DNA of 64,000 nucleotides from Octopus vulgaris (GCA_951406725.2 OX597831.1:70432001-70496000); one strand, 5' to 3'. Shown: positions 13,755 to 26,736, counted from the stretch's first letter. Notes: a model not told the origin generated them from the sequence alone. A program made the numbers and translations.

Positions 13755-14180
13755 ACTCTTACTCTTTACTCTTTTACTTGTTTCAGTCATTTGACTGCGG
13801 CCATGCTGGAGCACCGCCTTTTAGTCGTGCAAATCGACCCCGGACTTATTCTTTGTAAGCCCAGTACTTATTCTATCGGTCTCTTTTGCCGAACCGCTAA
13901 GTGACGGGGACGTAAACACACCAGCATTGGTTGTCAAGCAATGCTAGAGGGACAAACACAGACACACAGACATACACGCACACACACATATATATATATA
14001 TATATATACATATATACGACAGGCTTCTTTCAGTTTCCGTCTACCAAATCCACTCACAAGGCATTGGTCGGCCCGGGGCTATAGCAGAAGACACTTGCCC
14101 AAGATGCCACGCAGTGGGACTGAACCCGGAACCATGTGGTTGGTTAGCAAGCTACTTACCACACAGCCACTCCTGTGCCT
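13755..14180 (-). mobile_element. Full-length CORE-type SINE nested in the R4/Dong-like element
   Basis: Near-identical to 9548-9986. Confidence 0.92.
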
Positions 14181-14536
14181 GGAGGAGTGTATCTGTGAAA
14201 AGCTCATTAAAATGTAAACATAAAAGACCTGACATAGTGATTTGGGATAGGGAAGAGAAACTGCGTACAGTTGTGGAAATCAGCTGCCCGGTGTATGTTA
14301 ATATAAAACTGACGATCAATGGAAAAAGAGAATACTTATGCTGAACTGTTGAGAAATCTGCAGTTGCTTTATCCAGATTCCAAGCTCAGGTTTATATCTG
14401 TAATTACTGGTGCACTGGGATATGTAACACACTGCCTAAGTGCCAATCTTGAGAAATTAGACTTCTCAAAACCAGAAAGGAGAAAGCTGATTCAAAGACT
14501 ACAGATCCAATCCATTAATGAAACTATAAAAATCTG

Positions 14537-14741
14537 AAAAAGAGGTAATTTCTACTCTGCTCCTCTGGAAGCTATCTACTCGCAATACCAGAGGGCGCAC
14601 ACTCTCCTACCCTGATGTAATCTCCAGGGATACAGGCATCCAGCAACAGGACCTCCGTAATGCCATGATGGACTGTGAAGTCTGGCGTAGCATGGTAAAT
14701 TCCATTGTCTCGACCACGGTTGAACAATGATGATGATGATG
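14537..14741 (+). mobile_element. 5'-truncated RTE-type LINE 3' end with (GAT)n tail and TSD
   Basis: Encodes EVISTLLLWKLSTRNTRGRTLSYPDVISRDTG...AMMDCEVWRSMV; TSD ATAAAAATCTG at 14526-14536 and 14742-14752. Confidence 0.85.
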
Positions 14742-14933
14742 ATAAAAATCTGCAAAACTTTCTAGAAGCTTATCATTTAAGTATAAATGCACATGTCTAG
14801 ACGTGCAACTATATGCATGAGGAAAAATACATGCACACATAAAGTGAGACATACAAATCTGCACATGCACAGACTCCAAATTCTATACATATATACACAT
14901 ACATGCGAAAATACCCTGTTGGTGTTGAAATTC

Positions 14934-16434
14934 GGCACAGTCATGCCTTTGGATGTCAGAAGTGAAAGTAGAAAAATATGACGTCAGACGTCAACTTCGT
15001 GTATTTACGTCGTCATGTTTAAACTTTCGTTTATTTACGTACCACCACGCTAGGTTTATAAAAGCTTGAAGTTAATTTTTAAAATAAATGTGATACTTAT
15101 TCTGTTTAAACTTTATAAATAAATATATTCTTGCATTATTCATTATTGTTTTTAAAAAAGAAATCACACCAAATCCGCACAAATGAACCCCCATGACCAT
15201 CACCGCGATTACATACACCAATCAGAATGACCACTGACCACCACGTGCGTAATTCAAACTTTGAAATTTATTCAGTTAGAAAATCTTTCAGTGTAATATC
15301 AACACGTGCGAAACAATTTTCAATATGGCTTTTGCATATCCAAGTTTAAGAGGAATTAGTCACCGTGATATTACCATTGCCATGGCTACAACAGCAGATA
15401 GCATTAATTGGCTTAAGAGACATGGCCTTTTGAATACCCAGAAAATATGTATATCGTGTGGAGGTAGCATGAGTGAAATAGCGAAAAAAAGTATATCGGA
15501 TGAAGTAATATGGTCGTGTGGAAGGCCTTGTAGAAAATCCGTGTCAATTAGAAAAGGAACATTTTTAGAAAATAGCAAATTGAAGTGTCAACAAATCATA
15601 GATATATTATATTACTGGGCCAAAGAAGATTTAGCAAAAGGAATAGGACAGGAATGTCATTTAGCAAATGTAGCCGTGACAGATTGGAGGAATTTTTGCC
15701 GCGATATATGTGCAGAATATTATGTTGCACAGAATATTAAGCTGGGAGGACCCAACAGAATCGTAGAGATAGACGAAAGCGCGTTTGTTAGAAGAAAATA
15801 TAATGTTGGCCATCGGGTTAAAACGCAGTGGGTGTTTGGTGCTTTAGAAAGAGATACCAGAAGATGTATTTTAGTGGCAGTGGAAGATCAGACAGCGGAC
15901 ACTCTTTTACAAATTATACGAGAGCGTATATTGCCTGGTACAACCATAATTTCCGACCTTTGGCGTTCGTATAATACACTCAGTCAGCTAGGATACAGAC
16001 ATTTGACCGTGAATCATTCAATAAATTTTGTTGATCCAGTAACATTTGCCACAACCAACCACAGAGAATGTTTATGGAAACACGTAAAGAATCGAAATAG
16101 AAGAGAATGTGGAACAGCCAGAAATTTACTTCAGACCCATCTCATCGAATTCATGTGGCGCTATGAATTTAAGGACGATATATTCGGAAAGTTGATAGAG
16201 AGCAAATTCGACAGCTATATCCATGTGTTTGAGATATAGAGGGTATAAGTATCAAGACAGAATGAGTATCGCATTTATTTTTAAACTTAACTTCAAGTTT
16301 ATATTTTGATAATCTCTCCGTTGAAAATAATATTTTTACATTCTAAATAATTTGCGTTTATTAATTTGATATATTTACACGCGTTTTTGATTTTGCGTTT
16401 TTTAATTTGATAAATTATACGGAAAGAAAGTGCC
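14934..16434 (+). mobile_element. Full-length Merlin (IS1595/ISXO2-like) DNA transposon
   Basis: Perfect 8-bp TSD TGAAATTC (14926-14933, 16435-16442); imperfect TIRs GGCACAGTCATGCC and reverse complement GGCACTTTCTTTCC; single transposase ORF inside. Confidence 0.93.
15325..16239 (+). CDS. Merlin/ISXO2-like DDE transposase, 304 aa
   Basis: N-terminal Zn ribbon (CISC...WSC..PC), VEIDES, WVFGALER, PGTTIISDLWRSY, HLTVNHS.NFVDP, TNHRECLW motifs. Confidence 0.92.
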   Translation: MAFAYPSLRGISHRDITIAMATTADSINWLKRHGLLNTQKICISCGGSMSEIAKKSISDEVIWSCGRPCRKSVSIRKGTFLENSKLKCQQIIDILYYWAKEDLAKGIGQECHLANVAVTDWRNFCRDICAEYYVAQNIKLGGPNRIVEIDESAFVRRKYNVGHRVKTQWVFGALERDTRRCILVAVEDQTADTLLQIIRERILPGTTIISDLWRSYNTLSQLGYRHLTVNHSINFVDPVTFATTNHRECLWKHVKNRNRRECGTARNLLQTHLIEFMWRYEFKDDIFGKLIESKFDSYIHVFEI

Positions 16435-16519
16435 TGAAATTCTTATGAAGGAGTCTTGGATTTAAATTAGAAACTGGCTCTTTCTATATTAGCAAGAAAT
16501 CTTGAAATAAAACTGGAAT

Positions 16520-16985
16520 ATGACACACATACATACACACATACATACATACATACATACATACATACATACATACATACATACACATACACACACACAC
16601 ATACATACATATATATATATACACACATACATACACACACATACATACACACATACATACATACATACATACATACATACATGCATACATACATACATAC
16701 ATACATACATACATACACATATACACACACATACACACTTACATACATACATATATACACACATACATACATACATACATACATACACACACATACATAC
16801 ACACATACATACATACATACATACATACATACATACATACATACATACATACATACATACATACGTACATACATACATACATACATACATACACTTATAC
16901 ACACACATACACACTTACATAATACATATATACACACATACATACATACATACATACACACTTACATACATACATATATACACAC

Positions 16986-17016
<31 letters not shown>

Positions 17017-17040
17017 CATACATACATACATACATACAAT
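16520..17040. repeat. (TACA)n/(CA)n compound microsatellite
   Basis: About 520 bp of ACAT repeats. Confidence 0.95.
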
Positions 17041-17377
17041 TTGTTGAGTATAGAATAGGAGCCATCAAATTCTCTGCTTGAAAACACATCCTTTAGTGAC
17101 TCAGTTATGTATATCTCTCATACAGTTTATCATATTAGGATATAACTTCCAAGTCTAATCTTCATGTCCAAGCTTCACTCTACTCAACCATTATTATTCT
17201 GAAAGTCAGCCTACTTACATAAAAAGTTAGTTACTTCATGCCACTCATTTTTTCATAGGTTATCCACAACCAGGACTTCCAATTCATTGAATTCAAAGTT
17301 GCCTTCCTCCACTCCTCCAATCTCTGCCGTTCCTGATTTTGTAACTCCTCCAACTACGAACAATTCGTTGACTCTCT

Positions 17378-18650
17378 CTCTTACTCTTTACTCTTTTACT
17401 TGTTTCAGTCATTTGACTGTGGCCATGCTGGAGCACCACCTTTAGTCGAGCAACTCGACCCCGGGACTTATTCTTTTGTAAGCCCAGTACTTATTCTATC
17501 GGTCTCTTTTTGTCGAACCGCTAAGTGACGGGGACGTAAACACACCAGCAGCGGTTGTCAAGCAATGCTAGGGGGACAAACACAGACACACAAAGATACA
17601 CTCAAACACATATATATATATACATATATATATAGGCGCAGGAGTAGCTGTGTGGTAAGTAGCTTGCTTATGAACTACATGGTTCCGGGTTCAGTCCCAC
17701 TGTGTGGCACCTTGGGCAAGTGTCTTCTACTATAGGCTCGGGCCGACCAAAGCCTTGTGAGTGGATTTGGTAGACGGAAACTGAAAGAAGCCTGTCGTAT
17801 GTATATATATATGTATGTGCGTGTATGTTTGTGTGTCTCTGTTTGTCCCCCTGGCATTGTTTGACAACCGATGCTGGTGTGTTTATGTCCCCGCCACTTA
17901 GCGGTTCGGCAAAAGAGACCGATAGAATAAGTACTGGGCTTACAAAGAATAAGTCCTGGGGTTGAGTTGCTCGATTAAAGGCGGTGCTCCAGCATGGCCA
18001 CAGTCAAATGACTGAAACAAGTAAAAAGAGAAAAAAAAAAAGATATAGGCGCAGGAGTGGCTGTGTGGTAAGTAGCTTGCTAACCAACCACATGGTTTCG
18101 GGTTCAGTCCCACTGCGTGGCATCTTGGGCAAGTGTCTTCTGCTATAGCCCCGGGCCGACCAATGCCTTGTGAGTGGATTTGGTAGACGGAAACTGAAAG
18201 AAGCCTGTCGTATATATGTATATATATATATATATATACATATATGTATGTGTGTGTCTGTGTTTGTCACCCTTGCATTGCTTGACAACCGATGCTGGTG
18301 TGTTTACGTCCCCGTCACTTAGCGGTTCGGCAAAAGAGACCGAAAGAATAAGTACTGGGCTTACAAAGAATAAGTCCCGGGGTCGATTTGCTCGACTAAA
18401 GGCAGTGCTCCAGCATGGCCGCAGTCAAATGACTGAAACAAGTAAAGAGTAAAAGAGAGTATATGACGGGCTTCTTTCAGTTTCTGTCTACCAAATCCAC
18501 TCACAAGGCTTTGGTCGGCCCAAGGCTATAGTAGAAGACACTTGCCCAAGGTGCCACACAGTGGGACTGAACCCGGAACCATGTGGTTGGTAAGCAAGCT
18601 ATTTACCACACAGTCACTCCTGTGCCTACTTACCACACAGCCACTCCTGA
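17378..18650. mobile_element. Nested CORE-type SINE cluster: a minus-strand copy split at its (TA)n by two tandem plus-strand copies (17635-18035, 18048-18460)
   Basis: 3' half on - at 17378-17610, 5' half on - at 18463-18650, two complete + copies between them. Confidence 0.88.
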
Positions 18651-18699
18651 CTATTTCAGAAATTAAGATACATATCTCATTTTAGCAATCTCTAAGTTA

Positions 18700-19000
18700 C
18701 AGCGACGTGGGTTCCAGGTGATCCAATCAATGGATCAGCCTGCTCAGGAAATTAATGTGCAAGTGGCTGGAGCACTCCACAGACACACGTACCCTTAAAA
18801 TAGTTCTCAAGGAGATCTAGCATGATACAGAATATGACAAAGCTGCCTTTTTGAATTCCAAGTACAACTCATTTTTGCCAGCTGAGGACAGGAGCAACGA
18901 GAAATAATGTCTTTCTCAACGACACAACATACCATCTGGAATTGAACTCACAAATCTACGATTGTGAGCTGATTTACCCTAACCACCAAGTCATGCACCT
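18700..19000 (-). mobile_element. Older SINE sharing tail 1 but with a different (CORE-like) body
   Basis: CAGCCTGCTCAGGAAATTAATGTGCAAGTGGCTGGAGCACTCCACAGACAC matches tail 1; body TCTTTCTCAACGACACAAC is MIR/CORE-like on the reverse strand. Confidence 0.7.
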
Positions 19001-20275
19001 ATCTCATTCTATTACTCTCTAAAAGCCATCATGTTTTTGTCATTTCACCAATAGAGTTTCAATGTTGCAATTTGACTTAAAATGACAGAATAGCTTCAGC
19101 TTCTCTTGACTTGAAGTTTGAAACTACCTTGGGAAAGTTTCATAGAATTTGCATTCCATTTGGAAAACGGTTCTACATCAAAAATGCTACATTTGAATCT
19201 GAAATCCCTATTCTTAAGAACTTCAATGTTCACAATTCTTGGATATTATCTTCATCAGATTCAGCAGCTAGGCTCTCAGAACCTACAATTCATGCATGAA
19301 GATGAAATGATAACCGCTCTTGTTAATTCAGTTGTCTGAGGCAAGGCAACTCAGCCATGAAATCCATAACCAATCTACAATATAAACTGTCTCTATTTAG
19401 ACATTGCTATTATGTTTACACAATCAGTAATAAAAGATTTTAGTCATTCAGAGAGTCAAACTATGCATGAAATGTAGACCAGTAAGAAACTGAGATTATT
19501 ATTAAACTATGCTAGGGCAGATAAGTGCTGTCGTTTCTTCAGACTAATATCTAGTATAATGATTGATTGAATTACACTTCTAAATCTGTGATCAGCAGTG
19601 AAAATATCCATAAATAGTTGTGAAATTAAAACAACCAATGCAGCAAAATATCAACTCAGCTTCTGAAATTGTCTTCTATAATAATCCCAATCATGTCTCC
19701 AGTATTTATCTCTGTTATTAATTTGATTGACTCTTGTAAGATGAAAGATAAATTTGATTACAGTAAGATTTAAATTCAGAACATAACTAAATATTCCAGC
19801 TCAAACTGTAACCTTGTACAGTGAGTGAGTGATGAATCAGGGTTCTCAGAAGTCATTAAGCTGGCAACAGGTAGATAGAAACAATCAGGCAGAAGGGATT
19901 TTTTTCTATTTATTAATTTTAGATTTAGAATAGAAAAATGTAAAAATAGAAAAAAATGTAAAAATTAAATAACACATGAAAAGAATAAAACAAAACCCAT
20001 TATATAAGATAATTAGGGAAGTAGTGTAATGATAAGCAAGGCTGTGTCTCATTAAAGATTAAAACTTAGGATGCATTCCAGTACAGCAACACCTTAATTA
20101 ACAGTTCAAGATTGAAAAGGAGATTCTTATCCAGAAAAGATTCCTACTATTTCTCATTGCAGTAAAGGACCCACAACAAAACGATGGGTAACTATAAAAC
20201 TGTTAAATAAGATGAAATATTAGGAAATAAATTTTTCAATACTAGCAAAAAGGTTCTCCACAATTCTATTGGTTT

Positions 20276-21500
20276 ATGAGGGTCAGCCAAAAAGTTCATT
20301 AGCCAAATAAGATACTCTCATGGAATGTGACCAAATGAGGTTTATTTTTCAATGTAGACCTCATTTAGGTCCACACACTTCTTCCATTGGTGTTGCAGTA
20401 CTTGGATCTCATTAGTGAAGAAGATTCCATCCTGTTGGTCAAAAAGTCATCAATAGCCAATAAGATGTCATCATCACTGTGATACTGATTCCCAGTCAAG
20501 TGTTTTGTCATGCTAGGGAACGGATGATTGTCAGATGAGGCCAAATCAGGGGGATAGCGATGGTTATCAATCCGTTCAAAGCCACAGTCATGCACAGCAG
20601 CCATTGAAACCAAGGGCTTGTGTGCATTTTTCTGATGAAACAAAACCCCTTTCATCAGTTTTCTAAGGCTTTTCATCTTGATAGCGCTTTGTAATTACCT
20701 CAGCAAGTTGACATAGGGTTCTCTATTGATGGTGTGGCTTTTTTGAAGATAACCAATTAACACAATGTCTTTTGCATCTCAAAAAACTGAGGCCATCACC
20801 TTCTCTGTAGACGAAACAACTTTGGCTTTCTTTGGAGTAGGTGAAGTGGGAATTTTCTGTTGCAGAGACTGTATTTGTCTATAGCTCAAAGTGATGAAAC
20901 CAATACTCATCCTGGGTTAGAAAGGAAGCTATCTGGGTCTGTTTGAAACAATGTCATATTTCCCTGTAATGTGATTCGTCCAATGTGCTTTTGATCAAGA
21001 GTCAGAAGACAGGGCACCCTCCTGAGCAGAAACCTTCATCATACTAAGTTCATTGAGCAGAATATTCTTAACTCTTACATGGAATAAACTAAGAGCATTG
21101 GCTATTTGATTTATAGAAAATGTCCTGTCATCAATCACCCTGTGGTGGACATGATCTATGTTTTCTTTGGTGGTGGCAGTTGCAGGATATCCAGACATAG
21201 TGTCATCTTCAAGACTCTCCCTTCCCCTTCTAAATTCAGCTGCCCATCACTCCTAAGCATGTCAGCATGAACGTTCTTGGGAGCTAAACCCTTTTTTTTT
21301 CTGCAGGAACTTGATAGCACTAGGATGCCAAATTTTGTCCCTTTTCAAGAGAAGTTGCTACTAGTTCCTTTTACTTTGAAAGAAATAATATGGAAAGAAA
21401 CTATATAGTTTCTTACTTAGAAAGAAACAATAAGAAGGGTTGCAATTAATGCATGCAACATTTCATGGCTATACCCCAACACCTTCATAATCAGAACCAT
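20276..21500 (-). mobile_element. Tc1/mariner transposon, degenerate, near full length
   Basis: Terminus TGAGGGTCAGCCAAAAAGTTCAT; minus ORFs with SGYPATATTKENID and GVLFHQKNAH...YPPDLASSDNHPF. Confidence 0.88.
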
Positions 21501-21563
21501 TGAAATGAAATGTCAGCATTATTTTCATTTTTGCATAATTTAGATGACAACTTATTCACCACC

Positions 21564-21693
<130 letters not shown>

Positions 21694-21699
21694 CCCCTA

Positions 21700-21962
21700 T
21701 TATCCTTCTAGCGTCTATCGTCTGACCTCTGACTTCTGCCTGAAATCAGAACGCCATGATGGACTGTTAGCTCCTACATGCATTTTTTTCTCTCCGTATT
21801 TCTCTCCTTGTTTCTTTTCTGTGTATCTTTCTGTCGAAGAGCATAGGCTCGAAACGTAAAAGACTTGTTTTATTTCTATTCCTGAGCGCTATACTAATAC
21901 AATTGTTTGTTTGTACTCCACCTGCTTTCGTCCTTTGTTTATTTTCGTAAACCTTCCCGTTA
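21700..21962 (+). mobile_element. PLE pLTR-like fragment flanked by (CT)n(TA)n and (TA)n
   Basis: Contains a hammerhead motif and a pyrimidine-rich tail; homologous to 48670-48795. Confidence 0.7.
21826..21863 (+). ncRNA. Minimal hammerhead-like ribozyme, A6U core variant
   Basis: TCTTT-CTGTCGA-A-GAGC-ATAG-GCTC-GAAA-CG-TA-AAAGA: 5-bp stem I, 4-bp stem II, palindromic ACGT stem III. Confidence 0.7.
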
Positions 21963-22357
21963 TATATATATATATAACAGGTTTTTTATAGAGTTCCCAT
22001 ATAAAATAAGGCATTGGCCTCCCAGAAGTTTAGTAGGCCCATCTATGAAGAGTGCTACACAGTGGAATTATGTCTAGAACAATGTGCTGGTGAAGTAAAC
22101 TTCTGAAGATGCTTATGGCTTGGAAGAATACAATTCACTTTTGAGACAAGATCATTTTGGAAAGAGGAATGACATTTAGACTTAGTTCTTCTCAATAAAA
22201 GATATTATAAGCTGAAGGGAAAAGAAAAGATCAAGATACAATATTTAGGGAGCAGCTTTATGTAGCTGAAGGCCAATATGACTAATTTACCCAGAGGGAG
22301 GAGAAATTTTGTTTACTGATACTGAACAAAATAAGACGATTTGAATTACAAGATTTA

Positions 22358-22445
<88 letters not shown>

Positions 22446-23437
22446 CCCTTCCTCTCTCTCTCTCTCTCTCTTCCTGTATCTCTCCTCTTTTTTTCTATCT
22501 CTTGCTCTTATTCTTACACCCTTCTTCTTTCTCTATCTTATCTAGAGAAAAGAAGTACTTTGTTTTGTCAACAATAATCAATATTGAATACTTTATAAAG
22601 AAAACAAACTCCAGAAACAATTTCTTACACACAAAAACAAGGAATTGAAAAATGGATAGATCTAACTATTTGGCATTAGCTAATTCTGTATGCATAGCAC
22701 ACTTGCAAACTAAGTACCTCAACAAATGAAATTGTATGAATATTTCTGGAAAAAAAAAATGAAAGCATTTTTTTAATACTGCTGAATATTGAAAGAAGCT
22801 TGTTATTCTGAATAGATTCTAACTTTTTGGAATAAATGAAATTTGCTCTGCAACTTTTGTTTTATTTATTCAATTAAAAATTTAGAAAATATTTTATTAA
22901 CTTAAATAGTAATGTTTCACAAGTTATATGATTTTGTAGGATATATGAAGAGAGAGGGAGAGAGAAGGATTGAATGTAAGAATATCCTACACAGATACCA
23001 AGAAATTCAGAATTGATATTCAGCATTTTAAAATCAGTGAACTGTAGTCCAGTTCTACTCAGACTAAGATTTGGTATAACTGTCTTTCTGCCTACCATTC
23101 CACATGCATTCTTCTAAATTGTAAACATTTCATCCCATCTGCCTTATAAGAATACTTACTCTGCTGCAGTACTAATGAAGGTGCCTCATTTAACATGCTA
23201 GGAATAACAGCCAATCTTCATCTGCCCATGCTATTTTGTTTTAAATGAAGGGTATATGATGTGATGTAGTTATTCATAATTGTAGAAAGTGGTTTGGTCA
23301 TGATTCAAATGCTTTTAACCATAGGTCTACTCCTTCAGGGTTAACAACAACCACCATGTAGCAGCAAGAGACCCTCTACATGGTTAAATGACCTGTTAGA
23401 AACTGCAAACAAATATTCTAGAAATTGTACCTGCGTA

Positions 23438-23850
23438 GGTGCAGGAGTGGCTGTGTGGTAAGTAGCTTTCTAACCAACCACATGGTTCCGGGTTCAATCC
23501 CACTGCGTGGCATCTTGGGCAAGTGTCTTCTGCTATAGCCCCGGGCCGACCAATGCCTTGTGTGTGGATTTGGTAGATGGAAAATGAAAGAAGCCTGTTG
23601 TATATATGTATATATATGTATATGTATGTGTGTGTGTGTGTTTGTGTGTCTGTGTTTGTCTCCCTAGCATTGCTTGACAACCGATGCTGGTGTGTTTATG
23701 TCCCCGTCACTTAGCGGTTTGGCAAAAGAGAACGATAGAATAAGTACTAGGCTTATAAAGAATAAGTCCTGGGGTCGATTTGCTCAACTAAAGGCGGTGC
23801 TCCAGCATAGCCACAGTCAACTGAATGAAACAAGTAAAAGAGTAAAGGAG
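23438..23850 (+). mobile_element. Full-length CORE-type SINE
   Basis: GGTGCAGGAGTGGCTGTGTGG...ACAAGTAAAAGAGTAAAGGAG. Confidence 0.92.
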
Positions 23851-24837
23851 TACCATCTTCAAAAGGGTATACTCACTGGATAATGTACTTAAAAGATACT
23901 CAACCTGAAATGAAACGGTGGGATAATAGTTGAACATTGAAAGCTTTTAAACAGAAGGTTTGTTTTGTCAAGGCTTAACTTACTCTGTTATATGGTACCT
24001 GCACTTTAACCTTTCCATTAACAATGTAAATGTCTCTTCTATTCTTTACTTTGGTAGTCTAAAAGTAACTGTAGCCATAACATTGGGAATCAAGGGTCCA
24101 CAATATTCGTGCCAATCTATAAGGAAATTGATTTCTCAATTGTGACACAAACTTCAGAAAATCAACTAAATAAACAATCATTTATCATCAAGTTAGTTTT
24201 ACAAGATTGATTTTATTTTGAACTGAAGAGTAAGCAAAAATATCTGACCTGTGTAAAGAACTGAATTTTAAATATTGACTAAGAAGTTAATTTTCTCAGA
24301 AAACAATGATGAATTGTACAATAGCTTTTCTACTAAATAGCTGTCACTTTACCTGTTAACAAAGATCAGATTTTGCTTCTAAGCATGAAACTTAAATTTT
24401 CTGTTAAATTAATTTCTAATTCATTGAAATTATTTTCCTTTTACATTGAGATTCACAAACAACTGCTTCAAGGTTTCCATTTTCTTTCTCCAAATAAACG
24501 GCAAATTTCATTAAAATTCTTTGCACATTGTCATTTAGTACATCACTACCAAATCTAAATTCATGCTACTGACCAACTTATTTCATTTGAGTCACTTTGT
24601 AATTAAGCAAAAAGCATGTAATGACCAATAAAGGCTTCATTGATAGCTATAAAATGCTTAAATGCATACACAGAAAAAGATAATGAATTGTATAATGAAG
24701 AGCAATGTCCTGAAACTTCTTTGTTATGGAGAAGCCTTTAATGTAATCTTCAGTCAATTATGAAATATAACTGCAGTGTACAAGAGAGCTGACCATAACA
24801 AGGAAATACATAAAGTGAATCCTTTGATGTGGTTTTT

Positions 24838-25051
24838 CTCTTTTTATCTTCAAGTCATCAAACTGTGATCATGCAGGGGCCACCGCCTTGAAGAATTTTA
24901 GTCAAAACAATCAACCCCAGTGCTTATTGTTTTTGAAAGCTTGGTACTTATAACATCAGTTCTTTTGTCGAACTGCTAAGTTACAGGGACTTAAATACAC
25001 CAACACCAGTTGATAGGTGGTAAGGGGAGGGGAACAAACACAGACACAAAG

Positions 25052-25125
<74 letters not shown>

Positions 25126-25290
25126 GTATATACAACAGGCTTCTTTCAGTTTCCATCTACCAAAAACACTCAAAAAGCTTTGGGTAGCTGAAGGCTATAG
25201 TAGAAGAGAATTGTCCAAGGTGCCATGCAGTGGGGGTGAACCTAGAACCATGTAGTTGGGAAGCAAACTTCTGACCACACAGTCACATGC
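24838..25290 (-). mobile_element. CORE-type SINE, older subfamily
   Basis: Diverged match to both halves with internal (CA)n(TA)n. Confidence 0.8.
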
Positions 25291-25729
25291 TACAATTGGT
25301 TGGTCACTATTTTGAATTGTGTCTCTTAGAATGTATTCATATCAAACATCCAATGAAAATATATGTATGCATGTGAGTGTAAATAACACCAAATCTTCAT
25401 CTGCCCATGCTGTTTTGTTTTAAATGAAGGATATATGATGTAACGTAGTTATTCATAATTGTAGAAAGTGGTTTGGTCATGACAGAAATGCTTTTAACCA
25501 TAGGTCTGCTCCTTCGGGGTTAACGACAACCGCCATGTAGCAGCAAGAGACCCTCTACATGGTTAAATGACCTGTTAGAAACTGCAAACAAGTATTCTAG
25601 AAATTGTACCTTGCCATCTTCAAAAGGGTAAATCTCACTGGATAATGGACTTAAAAGATACTCAACCTGAAATGAAACGGTATACACACATACACACACA
25701 TACACATGCACACACACACATATAATTAT

Positions 25730-26260
25730 CATCGTTCATACACTTTTTAGTGCTTGCATAGATCAGATGGAATTTGTTGAGGCAGATTTTCTATGGATGG
25801 ATACCCTTCCTGTCACCAAGCACAGTAGCAATATTTCTCCACAGAATACTGAAAGCAAACAATGTCACTTGTATGATGGTGATACTCATTTACATTCATC
25901 ACATGATGTTAAAACAAGGGTGCAAACACACACAAATACGTCGGGTTTCTTTCACTTTCACTTTCTGTCTGCCAAATCTACTCACAAGGCTTTGTTCAGC
26001 CTGAGGCAATAATAGGAGATACTTGCTCAAGATACCATGCAGTAGGGCAGAATCTAAGACTACGTGATTGGGAAGAAGCAAGCTTTCTTAACCATACAGT
26101 CACAAGTGTATGCTAGGCTGTGTGGTTAAGAAGTTTGCTTACCATCCACGTGGTTTCATGTTCATTCTCACTGCCCAGCATCTTAGGTAAGTACCTTACA
26201 ATACCCTTGGGTCAACCAAAGCCTTTTTTAGTGGCTTTGGTAGGCAGAATCTAAACACTG
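25730..26260. mobile_element. Diverged SINE fragments (RTE-tail type on -, CORE heads on - and +)
   Basis: GATGGATACCCTTCCTGTCACC tail motif; head motifs at 25940-26105 (-) and 26110-26260 (+). Confidence 0.6.
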
Positions 26261-26484
26261 TTGAGTGTATGCATGTGTGTGAGTGTGCTCATGTCTCCTT
26301 TTCTGGGTTGCATGTGAATATAGATCTTGTTATATCCAAATTGATTTCCTCATTGATGATTTTATAAAGCTATATGAAGCACTTTGGTATGAGACACAAA
26401 ATTAAAATGAATATTTATATTAATATTTTCTCATGTCTATTAGCTTGCACTATAATATGTTTTATATTAAGTATCACTTCTGCA

Positions 26485-26517
<33 letters not shown>

Positions 26518-26637
26518 TTCTTTTAACCTGAGTTGACCTTGAAAGGATTTGAATTCTGAACAGTCAGAAGAAATTCTGCAAACGATGCAATCCAACCCCT
26601 AACAGTCGTTAATTCTCACTACTTCTCTCTTTCTGTG

Positions 26638-26736
<99 letters not shown>

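Larger units (their letters stand above)
13385..16517 (+). mobile_element. R4/Dong-like non-LTR retrotransposon 3' part (CCHC knuckle and restriction-like endonuclease), interrupted by three insertions
   Basis: EGYAFAIQEQEI...CRLCG (13352 ORF), KHKRPDIVIWDREEK...VVEISCP (13931 ORF), YAELLRNLQLLY...VITGALG (14319 ORF); 3'UTR resumes after the Merlin element and ends GAAATAAAACTG before a (TACA)n array. Confidence 0.85.
23210..25680 (+). repeat. Local duplication of about 290 bp (23210-23431 plus 23851-23918, versus 25389-25680)
   Basis: Near-identical ATCTTCATCTGCCCATGCT...CTCAACCTGAAATGAAACGGT; the first copy is interrupted by a SINE. Confidence 0.9.

Noticed and set aside
15325-16239. Bacterial IS1595 contamination
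   Set aside because: The element sits with a perfect TSD inside a eukaryotic retroelement and has Merlin-type motifs.
24353-24554. Candidate minus-strand exon FGSDVLNDNVQRILMKF...
   Set aside because: In-frame stop before the best donor site.
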